A DNA stretch of 64,000 bases from Porphyridium purpureum (Eukaryota), in NCBI GenBank assembly GCA_008690995.1, contig VRMN01000015.1, positions 1 to 64,000 on the forward strand, read 5' to 3'. The notes below the pieces were generated by a model. That model saw only the letters and a program-made list of their open reading frames with translations, made no database searches and had not been told where the DNA came from. The position numbers were made by a program, and so were the translations under genes. Below are positions 36,944 through 46,800 of this stretch, piece by piece. Every line of letters begins with the position of its first letter. Positions within the stretch are counted from its first letter, which is position 1.

Positions 36944-38176
36944 ATGGAGGAAACGGACGGTGCTGCCGCTGGTCCCGACCGCGTCGATGAGGCAGGCCAC
37001 TCGAGCCGACAGAGCGACCTGTTCCTGCGAGACGTATCCGCTCGATTGGAATCTCTCTGTTTCAGCTCCTCGCAATCATGGGACGAAAAGCTGCTCGAGG
37101 ATGTCATAAAGTGCATGGCTCTCGTGTCCGGATATTGCCAGCCGTCGGAGTCCGTTCGTCAAACGAGCGCAAGTGGAGCCATCTCATTCTTCTGTAGCAT
37201 AATTCATGCGACGCAGCTTTGCCCGCATGAGTATCATGGTCCACTTTTTAGACTTTTGGTCTCGCGAGCGACTCGAAAGTGTGTGAAACATCACGCGCAT
37301 GAAATGTCTTTGGCTTGCTTGCATGCGCTAGCCATGCGCATCAGGATGCCCAGCACAGGCAACGACGAGTGGATGGTATTCTGCGGCTCTATAATTGAGG
37401 CCTGTGCTCGCAGGCTCCTTTCACATCCTCTTTCAAGCGTGGAAGGCGAGTGTGAAAGAGCCTTTGGTCTAGTCGAGCCATTTGAAAGTTGCATGGTGCA
37501 AATTAACGAGCTTCGCATGGTTGAGCGCCTGGAATGGTGTAGTCTGGCAGATTCAACGCATGGCTGCTATTTAGCACTGACGAAGCGTTGGCTGGCAAGT
37601 GTTCTAAGGCATTGCTCTGTTGCCGTCCTACATAAGTTGTGCGAGCGCTTCGAATTTGCGTCATGCCCATTCGTTCTCTCTGTGCTTCATTTGCATCTCG
37701 CAATCGCGCACGCACAAGGCGCGCCTGTGCTTGTCTCAGTCGACAAAGATACTTTTCAAGAAAGTGCCAGTGCAAGTGCGCGCTCATCGGGCGTGCATGG
37801 AATTGAATCGGAGCTGGAGACAATCGCAGAGAGCTTGAAGGGGTTGAAGATTTCTCGGTCTCTCGGGTCTGAGATAAGTACGGCGACAGAAGCATTTAAC
37901 CCGTTTTCGCGCGCAACCCTTGTTGAGGACATGCTTGATTTATCGGATGTCGCGAGCCGCCACCAGTCGCCTCATTCCAGTCGTACTTCTGCGAGTCTCA
38001 GAAACCCGACGCGTGATTCCGACAAGGTCCAAGAGTATGCCGCTCAAAATCGTGTTCCAGCGGTTGCAAAGGGGAACTTGTTTATGGTGCAAGATGTATT
38101 GAGTGAAAAACAAGTGCAGGATCGGAATGAAACTGCAAAAGTGAAGGCTTCTTCATGGAGTAAAATCATGCTATGA
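36944..38176 (+). CDS. Hypothetical protein (about 410 aa, helical N-terminal two-thirds, low-complexity tail)
   Basis: Long uninterrupted ORF in the gene-dense block; first ATG at 36944; GTACAG motifs upstream. No family recognised. Confidence 0.65.
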   Translation: MEETDGAAAGPDRVDEAGHSSRQSDLFLRDVSARLESLCFSSSQSWDEKLLEDVIKCMALVSGYCQPSESVRQTSASGAISFFCSIIHATQLCPHEYHGPLFRLLVSRATRKCVKHHAHEMSLACLHALAMRIRMPSTGNDEWMVFCGSIIEACARRLLSHPLSSVEGECERAFGLVEPFESCMVQINELRMVERLEWCSLADSTHGCYLALTKRWLASVLRHCSVAVLHKLCERFEFASCPFVLSVLHLHLAIAHAQGAPVLVSVDKDTFQESASASARSSGVHGIESELETIAESLKGLKISRSLGSEISTATEAFNPFSRATLVEDMLDLSDVASRHQSPHSSRTSASLRNPTRDSDKVQEYAAQNRVPAVAKGNLFMVQDVLSEKQVQDRNETAKVKASSWSKIML

Positions 38177-38414
38177 CCAAAACGTTTCCGCACGAGGCCA
38201 TTTGCTTTGGACGTGGATTCACTGCGGCGATGGCCAAGGTAATTACATACAAACATTTATTCTCGCTCGGCAAGCATATGCAGCCCTGGAATTCAATGCC
38301 CAACATTAAGTGGAGCATAATCGGTTTTACCTGTGACGTCTCAAGAACTCTTGTCCTGTTAGCTTGTTGAATGGACACAGGAGTCCATTCCCTTGACTGT
38401 GACCACAACTCAGA

Positions 38415-40589
38415 CTAGAATTGCGAATACAGATAGTTTTGTCGCTGTGCATCAACCTTACGCACTCCATTACTGGGGCCTCCGCTCACTTTCAATTTCT
38501 GAAACCGGACCAGTCCCTTCTTCGCCTCCAGAGATGTTTGCCGTATGATTGAAGCGGGTGTCTCATCACTAGACCGCATAACTTTTCTCTGTAGGAAAAG
38601 AGCAAGGCTAGCAAACACGATGGCCGACCCCAAAATCAATCCGAGCACCCATCCAAGAAACGGTGGCGTCTTGTTCTTTCTGAACGATAAGATCTTCTCG
38701 GGTTCTGCATCAAAGTGTGAAAGAGCCTTCTCAAACAATATGATTGCCTCATTATAAGTCGACAATTCAGCACGCAAGTCTCGCAGTCGGCCTTCAAGTC
38801 TGGCCCGCAGATTTATGTAGCCGATGGCATGGTGCTGAAGCAAGCCATTCAAGCTGCGTGCACTTTGCTCGCGCCACGACCAAAATGGCGTGTTCTCTGA
38901 ATCCAGCCAGTAGTATTTGTGTGAAACTTCTTCCAACTCACGAGCAAACGCATCCACCATCCGAACGCAGCTCCATGCGCGCATCGCAATGTCCACGTGA
39001 ACGACATAGTCAGCAAAACTCGCAAGCTGATCAGAGCACCCACCGCAAGACAATGCAAATGGAGCCATACCAAATCCCACAATATGATTACCATACGGTC
39101 CCTCGGTGGCAGGCAAGAGTCCAGATGCAAAGCTTACAAGGAAGGCAAACGTGGAACTTCCTTTCAGATTCACGAGCAACATGGTTCGACTCCCACTCGT
39201 CTGATCCGAGTCGTATGCAGCATATCCCATTGATCCCGTGGTCGAATCCTCGATCAAATCACTCTCGACGATGTGAATCACGAGCTCTGACGGTTGCTTT
39301 TTCTGACGCACAGAATTCTTGTCAGGTTCCAAGGACTTGCCGTCTGTGTATTCTTTCAGGAAAACCTGCTTATAATCCCATAGCGCCCTTGATCGTGAGA
39401 GCGTAGGCACAGGTTCACTGAGGGAGTCCACGATCGCAGATGTGACAGGATAGGACCGCAGATCGACGGAAAGTTCTGCACGGTCTGGGACGAGCAAACG
39501 AAAGAAGTCATGGGCCATCCTTGCATTCAAGCACAGCCCTGATATTCGTGCGTCGCATGCTACATGATGACCTTCCACGGCATGAGGAGCGCGATTCTCA
39601 GACACCGAAACAAGATGTACGCGAGAGCTCGTGGAAACATCGTCGTCACAGAACAGGCTAGCAGGAAACAGGGCCGACCTCAGAATATGCACTGACCACA
39701 CAGCAATACTAGTTCTGGAATCCTGCCTGCTCCCTTGCAGACTCGGAGGAGCCAACGAGCCGGACCAGGATAGATCCCGCACTGGCATGCATGGTCCTGC
39801 ACGTAAATCCACAAAGACAGAGGCAGGTCCTGCAATAAAGGCCGCAGCGGACTGGTTGAGTCCCATATTGTAGCAATAATTTGAGTCAGATGCGACTGAA
39901 AGATCCATAAATGTGATGGTCGGAACCACATGACCACGGGCAGAGTGATCATTGACGCGCGAAACGTTTGTCAGCGACCTGAGCCTTTCCCGCCACAACG
40001 CGCCAATGGAGTCTGGCGCGTCGTCAAACACATATCCATCGACCGCAATCAATCCTCTCGCGGCATCGAAGAAGCGCTCAGCTAAAAGGCCGATACCCTG
40101 CTTGCTTTCGGCGGTCCGGCTTTTCCTGAGCTGCCCCGGTACCACAATGATATCAACCTGAAATTCCGGCGTGATCTCCACGTGTGTCTCGCGAAAACCA
40201 GTGCCCGACGTATACTTAGTGCCTGGCTGATCGTCCTCCTCCCTGTCGAAGTCACCAGGCATCGCACACAGAGCTCGCCAGTGGGGCAGAGCCATACGCA
40301 GCACGCTCGCAACTTGCTCCTGCAACCGACTCGTGCGATGAAGCTCAGTTTCCGATGCGCTTAGCACCCATTGGATGCGAACAGGGAAAGGCATGCTGAA
40401 ACGAGGACGCTGCGGGCCACTTGTTCGCAATGCGTGATGGTCATGATCCACATCAAAAGCGTCTGGCGGCAGCGGCTCCGCGTCTGCAGCGATTGAGATG
40501 CAAATCCACATTACCCAGACGGCGACAAGCACTCCCGCGAAATGCAGAAACGCCATGCGCGCCGTCCGCGCCGCATTTCTCAACAACAT
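38415..40589 (-). CDS. Hypothetical secretory-pathway type I membrane protein
   Basis: Long ORF; signal-peptide-like FLHFAGVLVAVWVMWICISIAA near the N-terminus and TM FLGWVLGLILGSAIVFASLALFL near the C-terminus. Start 40589 or 40556. Confidence 0.7.
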   Translation of the reverse strand: MLLRNAARTARMAFLHFAGVLVAVWVMWICISIAADAEPLPPDAFDVDHDHHALRTSGPQRPRFSMPFPVRIQWVLSASETELHRTSRLQEQVASVLRMALPHWRALCAMPGDFDREEDDQPGTKYTSGTGFRETHVEITPEFQVDIIVVPGQLRKSRTAESKQGIGLLAERFFDAARGLIAVDGYVFDDAPDSIGALWRERLRSLTNVSRVNDHSARGHVVPTITFMDLSVASDSNYCYNMGLNQSAAAFIAGPASVFVDLRAGPCMPVRDLSWSGSLAPPSLQGSRQDSRTSIAVWSVHILRSALFPASLFCDDDVSTSSRVHLVSVSENRAPHAVEGHHVACDARISGLCLNARMAHDFFRLLVPDRAELSVDLRSYPVTSAIVDSLSEPVPTLSRSRALWDYKQVFLKEYTDGKSLEPDKNSVRQKKQPSELVIHIVESDLIEDSTTGSMGYAAYDSDQTSGSRTMLLVNLKGSSTFAFLVSFASGLLPATEGPYGNHIVGFGMAPFALSCGGCSDQLASFADYVVHVDIAMRAWSCVRMVDAFARELEEVSHKYYWLDSENTPFWSWREQSARSLNGLLQHHAIGYINLRARLEGRLRDLRAELSTYNEAIILFEKALSHFDAEPEKILSFRKNKTPPFLGWVLGLILGSAIVFASLALFLQRKVMRSSDETPASIIRQTSLEAKKGLVRFQKLKVSGGPSNGVRKVDAQRQNYLYSQF

Positions 40590-40907
40590 TTGCGCAGTTA
40601 AATTAGCCACATACACGCAATTTTTTGTCCGCTTGCGGTCGAATCTTACATTCTGGTCCTCGTCAAGTCGCCGAGTTCCATCAGTCAAAGGACTCGTGCA
40701 ACGTATACGTCGAGAGATGCCGGTGAGGAGTGCCAAGTATAGGCGCCGCAAAGCGATCGCGCTCTCTCCTGCCTCTGTCGCGAATGCGCGGTGAAGAATG
40801 CTGCTGGTGCGCAAACCCCTGTGCTGCCCTTCTCTTTCTTCTTTCACCTTTTCGTCACAAATGGTGGTCAGACGTTTTAATCATTGCTGCGCGTGGACTT
40901 GGCCTAC

Positions 40908-41510
40908 TCAAAAAGTCATCTCGTTCGAGTATTTCTGGACAAGCGAGTTGAAGTTGTCGACGGCGCCGGCCAGATAATTACCTGCGCCTTGGGAAGGGTC
41001 GTACTGCAACAAACAAGACAGGAGGGGCCGCGCCTGCTCGTCGGCTCCCTTAAAGCGAATGACGTGCAGCATGTGGCCGCCTTGCTTGGCTGGCTCCGTA
41101 CTCAAAGTGACCTTACTCACCTTACTACAGTTCACGTGGCACTCGAACAGCTTGTCCGTGGATGCCACAGTCACATACTCGCCCAGCGGCGTATCAAACG
41201 GAGTCTTGGTGTAGTCGAGCCGCCCGATGGTCTCGAGCACCGCACCATCCGAGATGACGATGAATCGGAGGGTACCGAGCTGACCCGCATCATGCATGAA
41301 CTCTAGCAGCTTGTCGCGCTTGGACACTATCGGCTGCGAAGAAACGGTGTCGGCTCCCATTCGCGTACCGGAGACGCCCGTGATCCCCCGCGTGGCGGAG
41401 CGCGAGCCCCTGCGAGCAATGGCCGCAGGTTTCTCGTTCCATGATGCGCGCCGCTGCCGAGCGCGGATCGACTCGGCAGCGGCGGGGCCAGCTCCGCAGA
41501 AAGCAAGCAT
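40908..41510 (-). CDS. Plastid-targeted ChuX/HutX-family heme-binding protein, cyanobacterial type
   Basis: MLAF transit peptide; LLEFMHDAGQLGTLRFIVISDGAVLETIG..GEYVT..FECHVN..VSKVTL...AKQG....HVIRF follows the cyanobacterial HutX-like pattern. Confidence 0.8.
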   Translation of the reverse strand: MLAFCGAGPAAAESIRARQRRASWNEKPAAIARRGSRSATRGITGVSGTRMGADTVSSQPIVSKRDKLLEFMHDAGQLGTLRFIVISDGAVLETIGRLDYTKTPFDTPLGEYVTVASTDKLFECHVNCSKVSKVTLSTEPAKQGGHMLHVIRFKGADEQARPLLSCLLQYDPSQGAGNYLAGAVDNFNSLVQKYSNEMTF

Positions 41511-41776
41511 GGTGCAGCAACCAGACGAAGTGGAGGACGAAGCGGCGCCACCAGCTGCTGCGCATCCAGCGCGCCCGGCTCGTGACCTCGCGCGCGCAGA
41601 CGCGCAAGGCGGGTGTTCAGTTCTAGGTACTGTTAGTACAGTGATTTGAATGTACCCGGAGGTACAGTGGCGTGCCGGGACGCCGACGATGCGCGGCAGG
41701 ACGCGCGGGCGTGCGTGCTTCGGTCGGCTGCCGAGTTGGGACACGCGCGGCGGCCGAGCAGCGGTCACGAGGAGAC

Positions 41777-42448
41777 ATGCCCTCGTTCTCGTGCGGGAAA
41801 TGCCAGGGCGTGTTCAAGAAGCCCAAGGTGCAGGCGCACATGGCGTCGTGCCGCCCGCGCGCCGTGGCGTGCCTGGATTGCAGCGCCGAGTTCTCGTTCG
41901 ACCGCGTCAAGGAGCACACGGCGTGTATTACGGAGGCGGAAAAGTACGAAGGACCGGCTGCCGCCATGCGCGCGCGCTCAAACTCGCAGGCTTTCTGCGC
42001 CTCTTGCAGCCTCGTGCTGAACGGCGCCGTGCATGCGGAGCAGCACTATGCAAGCAAGAAGCATCGCGCCGCTGAGCGCCGTGCGTCGCAGCAGGCGCAT
42101 GCCGCCTCTGGGTCAGAGAAAGCCGCGAGCAAGGCGGCGAGTGGTGCCATTCAATCCTCTTTGAAGGAAGACACGCAGCACGGCAGACAAAATGGAGTGG
42201 CTTCTGCGAAAGCCGGAACCAGCACCGTGATGCCTCACATTGAAAAATATATTGCAAAGAAGACCAGCAAGGGCAAGCGGAGCTTAAAGATTGCAAAGCT
42301 AGAACGCAGTGTATTGCGAAAGATGCAGAAGTCTAAAGACGAAAGTCTTGAGTCTCTACCGATCCGCGATGCCCTTGCAGACTACGTTGCTCGTTCTTCA
42401 AACATGAGCTTACGCAGTGACACCGTGGAAATTAAAGATACGGCTTAG
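41777..42448 (+). CDS. LYAR-type C2HC zinc-finger nucleolar protein with an extra C2H2 finger
   Basis: MPSFSCGKCQGVFKKPKVQAHMASC..ACLDCSAEF..KEHTACITEAEKYEG; CASCSLVLNGAVHAEQHYASKKH. Confidence 0.92.
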   Translation: MPSFSCGKCQGVFKKPKVQAHMASCRPRAVACLDCSAEFSFDRVKEHTACITEAEKYEGPAAAMRARSNSQAFCASCSLVLNGAVHAEQHYASKKHRAAERRASQQAHAASGSEKAASKAASGAIQSSLKEDTQHGRQNGVASAKAGTSTVMPHIEKYIAKKTSKGKRSLKIAKLERSVLRKMQKSKDESLESLPIRDALADYVARSSNMSLRSDTVEIKDTA

Positions 42449-42681
42449 CGTACCATGTCAATCTGCAAGGGGCCAATCTAGTCGTTAGCGTTTTGTACGC
42501 ACAACTTGCAGGGATACATCACGGCAAGGGATGCTTCCACGCACCCTTTCGTGTTGGCTTCCAGAAAAGGCTACCGATGTCAGCACGCAACTGGGAATCT
42601 GTTCTCCCGCTGAAGAAAAAAAAAGGCTTTGAGCCAATGGAAAAAGGACACACGGAAAGCATCTGCGGCTCCGATTCTTTC

Positions 42682-43515
42682 TTAGAGCACTGCCGCCATT
42701 TGCTCTCGGTCAACACTTCCAAAAGACTCGCCGTGGTTTTCCTGGAGGGCTTGATGCAGGAGAAATCGCATCACATCATTCAGAAACTGACTCTGTTCGT
42801 TTTCTGGTATGATTGCAAAGGAAGGAATATGAAGGAAGAGCGTGTGTATCTTGCACTTACTGCCAGCTAGAACACGAGTCTTCTCTGACGCCAGCCGTAT
42901 GCTCTGATAATAAGTCCAGTTGCAAACAAATCTGCCCGCGTCTTGAGATTCGCGCACCTTGTGCCCAAGCGTAGCGAGGTACTGCGTTAGCGCCTTTGTA
43001 TCTACGGTAGACGAGCGGTAAGGTACGGCCGACGCCGAGTTTTCGATGAGTTGATGTTGTGGCCTCCACCCTGCTTCGTCGGCGCATCCAAAATGCGCCT
43101 CATTGTGCGCGATCGATTCGACATGAAACTTGCTTGTAGCGCTGTGCACGCCCAAGTGAATCACGTAAATGGTTCGAACACCTCTGCTGGGGGATTTAGG
43201 CGGCTGCGCCTCGTAGAGCTCGCACATATCGTCGTAAATTCTTTCAAGGGCTTGCTGCACGGGTTTTGCTGCCGTCTGCAAGACGCAGCAGCGAACCCCA
43301 CAGTGCCCATGGCCTTCTGTCGCTTGCCACGAAGCGTAGAGCTGTCGCACGAGCCGCTCGGAGGGATTGAGCCCCCACCCTTCGAACGGACCAAAGCCCG
43401 TCACCACGAAGAACACATCGTCCGGCCGACCGCCGGCCGCGGGAGGCGCAGGCGACGTCCAGAGCAGGCCAGACTGCGCGGCGCTTGCTTCAGGTTCTGC
43501 GAGTGACAGCGGCAT
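42682..43515 (-). CDS. Pyroglutamyl-peptidase I (peptidase C15)
   Basis: VTGFGPFEG..NPS, IHLGV, ESIAHNE, SQDAGRFVCNWTYY, LFLHIP: Glu-Cys-His triad present. Confidence 0.95.
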   Translation of the reverse strand: MPLSLAEPEASAAQSGLLWTSPAPPAAGGRPDDVFFVVTGFGPFEGWGLNPSERLVRQLYASWQATEGHGHCGVRCCVLQTAAKPVQQALERIYDDMCELYEAQPPKSPSRGVRTIYVIHLGVHSATSKFHVESIAHNEAHFGCADEAGWRPQHQLIENSASAVPYRSSTVDTKALTQYLATLGHKVRESQDAGRFVCNWTYYQSIRLASEKTRVLAGSKCKIHTLFLHIPSFAIIPENEQSQFLNDVMRFLLHQALQENHGESFGSVDREQMAAVL

Positions 43516-43871
43516 GTTTAGCGTAGGCGTCGGCGGCGAACTGCGTGGCAAGCACCCGGCAGCGAGTCGGCACGAGCCACGATCCAGCGTGATGGCCTGA
43601 GTGGTGGCTGGACTGTACTTTTTAATGGCATAAGCTGTGCAACAAGGTACAGTGATTCGGCAGCAGCCGGTCGCGCGGCAGCGTCCACACTTGCGCGCGA
43701 TCAGTCAGCGCTGCCGATGCGCGCCGCTGCAGTCAGTCGCATGCATCCGGCGTCCGCGCGGCCGCGCCAAGTGTCGCGCGCGTCTGGCGAGCTGCTACTC
43801 AAACCATCAGGACAGTGAAAAACGTTTCAATATTACGGCCTCTTCCGACCCAATGCTGTAACAAGATGACG

Positions 43872-46800
43872 TTAAAACCATCCCTTCTTTTTCGTGTTCC
43901 GAAGCTTCACGTTCTCCTCTTGTGCGAGCGCGAGGGCAACCTTCGTCTCCGTTAGCAGCACAAGAATTTCTTCAAGGGATAGCGATTCGCCATCGTTTTC
44001 CAGCGTCCTGCGATCTGTGCCATGCGCGTCGCCACTCAGGCGCGCCCGTTCCGAGTCGTCCACCATGCGCTCAAGCCTGTCCAGCTCACGCTCCAAGTCT
44101 CCCTTTTCGACCCGCAGAGCATCGATCTCGCGAGTCAGTCGAACAGACACGCTCTCCTTCTCCCTCTGAAGGACGTCCCGCTCGGATTCCAGATTCTTCA
44201 GGTCTTGCTTCGCCTGGCGATAATCACGCTCCCGAGCGGACAACATGTCTTCAAGTTCATCGAGGCGATTGCGTTGAGCCTCCATTTCAGAAGCACGAGC
44301 CGTGGTGGCTTCGTTTTTCGAACTGTCGCGGTCCAAGCAGCGGGCCTCTTCCAAGTCCTTCTGAAGCAACTCTCGTTCCCGCTCCATGTTTCGAACCTTG
44401 AGCTGCATCTCATTCCTAAACTCTTCATGCTCGCGAGCTACCTGCTTGTTCTGAGACTGAACCTCTACATGGCGAAGCTCAAGCTCCTCCATACTTTGCT
44501 CCGCTTCGCTCTTGTCCGCCTTCAGGCGTACCGCTTCCTTTTCCAGCTCGACAACGTGGACGCGCGATGCGGCAAGGCTTTCCTCCAGCCCAGATAAGGC
44601 TGTCTTGTGCTCGTTCTCAAGCGCTTTCAGTCTTGCCTCGAGCTCTTTTGTTTTTGTCTCGTACTTCGCCGCCTGCCTTTCAACGTCCCGCCTTTGATCT
44701 TCCACAGCTCCGACTGCGCTGCGACTTGAAGAATCTACTCTTTCCAAGTCAGAGGAAAGCCTAGCATTTCGAGACTCAAGCTCGTTGACGGTCAAATTCA
44801 AGGTCGTTATTTGAGCCCCAAGACTAGCGACTTTGGCAACGTTTAACGCAAGCTCTTCCTCCTTTTCCTTGCGCCTCTGCTCCTCGCTGGCCTTTCCTAT
44901 AGCATTCTCTTCGCTACACCGTTTCTCCTCCTCCAAAGATTCGATCAAGGTGCGTTTTTCGTCCTGCAACCCAGCAATCTGTTCTTCCAGACCCGCTATA
45001 CGCTGTTCAGTACTTCGCAGCAACTCCTGTACGCGTCCTATTTCGCTGTTGGCAGAAGAAACGGCGTTTGCGAGGTCCACATTCTCTCGTGTAGACTTTT
45101 CAAGTTGGGCCTCTAGACCAGACAAGCGCGCGGAGGCGTCCGCCAGCTGAACCTCAAGTCCACTGACGGTCCTATCTCTTGCCTCACGCTCACTTTGAGC
45201 GGCAACGCACAAGTCCTTTTCTGCTGCTAAACTTTGCTTGAGCTCTTCGTTAAGTTTTTCAGACAATGCAAGTTTGGTTTCAAGTTCATCCAACCGCTCA
45301 GATGTTTTGGACAACTGTTCCTCAAGATGGGCTCTCGCTCTTGCCTCCTCCTCCCATTGCTCCTTCATGGCCACGTTCGGTTGCGTGTCCGACGACAAAC
45401 GTTCGGACAGGTCCTCCTTCTCTCGCCCAACATGAGCGACCTGGGCAGCTAGTGCTGCTTCTCGGTCAGCGGCTTCACCAATCTGAGTTTGCAAGGCGTC
45501 GCGTTCTGCCACAATCAACGCGAGCGACACATTTTCGTCCCTCAGTTTGTCCAGCTCCACTGCCATGACTTCAATGCACCGAGACCGCTCGGCACTGTCG
45601 TCCTTGTATCTGTCAGCTTGTTCGGCTGATTCCCTAAACTCTATGCTTTGCTTTTCGACGTGACTTTGCAGAACCGAGACCTCAGCCTGCACTTCGTCCA
45701 ACGAAAGCTTTAAAGAATTCTTCTCATGCTCAACTGCTTCTAAAGCACACTTATGCTTCTGAACCTCATCAGCCAGCCTTTGATAGTCATCGGACTTGGA
45801 GAGCATCTCAGCTTCCAGCTCCCGCTTTGATGCTAGGATGGCATCGTGCTCGCCCAAGCTGTTCTGCGCATCTATCAACTGAACATTTAGGCTTTCTTTC
45901 TCTTCCTGCAGCGCAGTAATCTGCTCGTTTTTCTGCGCAACGTGGGCTTCTAGAGCCGAGATTTCACCCTGCATTTCGTCCAGTGCAAGCTTCAAATCGT
46001 TCTTGTCTTGTTCAACAGCTTCTAAAACGGATTTAAGACTCTGAATTTCCTCACTCAATCCTCCAGAGTCGTCGGACTTGGACAGCATCTCAGCATCCGC
46101 TTCTCTCTTGGACGCTATGACGGCCTCGTTCTCACCCACGATCTTCTGCAACTCAGACAATTGCACACCCAGGTTTTCCTTTTCTTCTTCTGACGTACGC
46201 ATTTGCTCGCTTTGTTGCGCGAGACGAACCTCGCAAGCCGTCCGTTCAGCATGCTCGGCATCCAGCGCAACCTGTAATTCGTGCGCCTCCTGCTGAGCGG
46301 CTTCGAAAGTTGCCTTCTGCATCTGCATCTGATCAGCCAGCTTTTCCAACTCATTCGATTTGAAAAGAAGATCTGCTTCAACCTTTTGTATTGATGTCCT
46401 TGCGATGTCAAGCTCATCCAAACCCGTCTGTGCTTCATTCAAGCGAGCTTCCAGGGCTTTGTTTTCCTCTTCCAATGCACTAAGTTCCTGTTTGTGAGAA
46501 ACGTGCACGAGCGCCAGCTGCTTCTGAGCAGCTTCCGACTCAGCTTCCAAACCTGCGATTCTCTCCTTCAAATCATTGATCTGTTCATCTTTAGCCTCCA
46601 TGTCAGACTGGAAGCGCGTTTCAAGAGCCTTGGAGGCCGCATCGGTTCTTAAAGCCGCCTGCTGCAACATGTCCTGGGAGCTTGCGTGGTCTTTGCGAAG
46701 ACGCTCTGTTTCCTTCTTCAACACTTCCAACTCGATTTCCTGATCAGCATATGTTTGGGCGATTTTCTTCTCCGCGCTCTGCGCTTGAGAATATTTTGCC

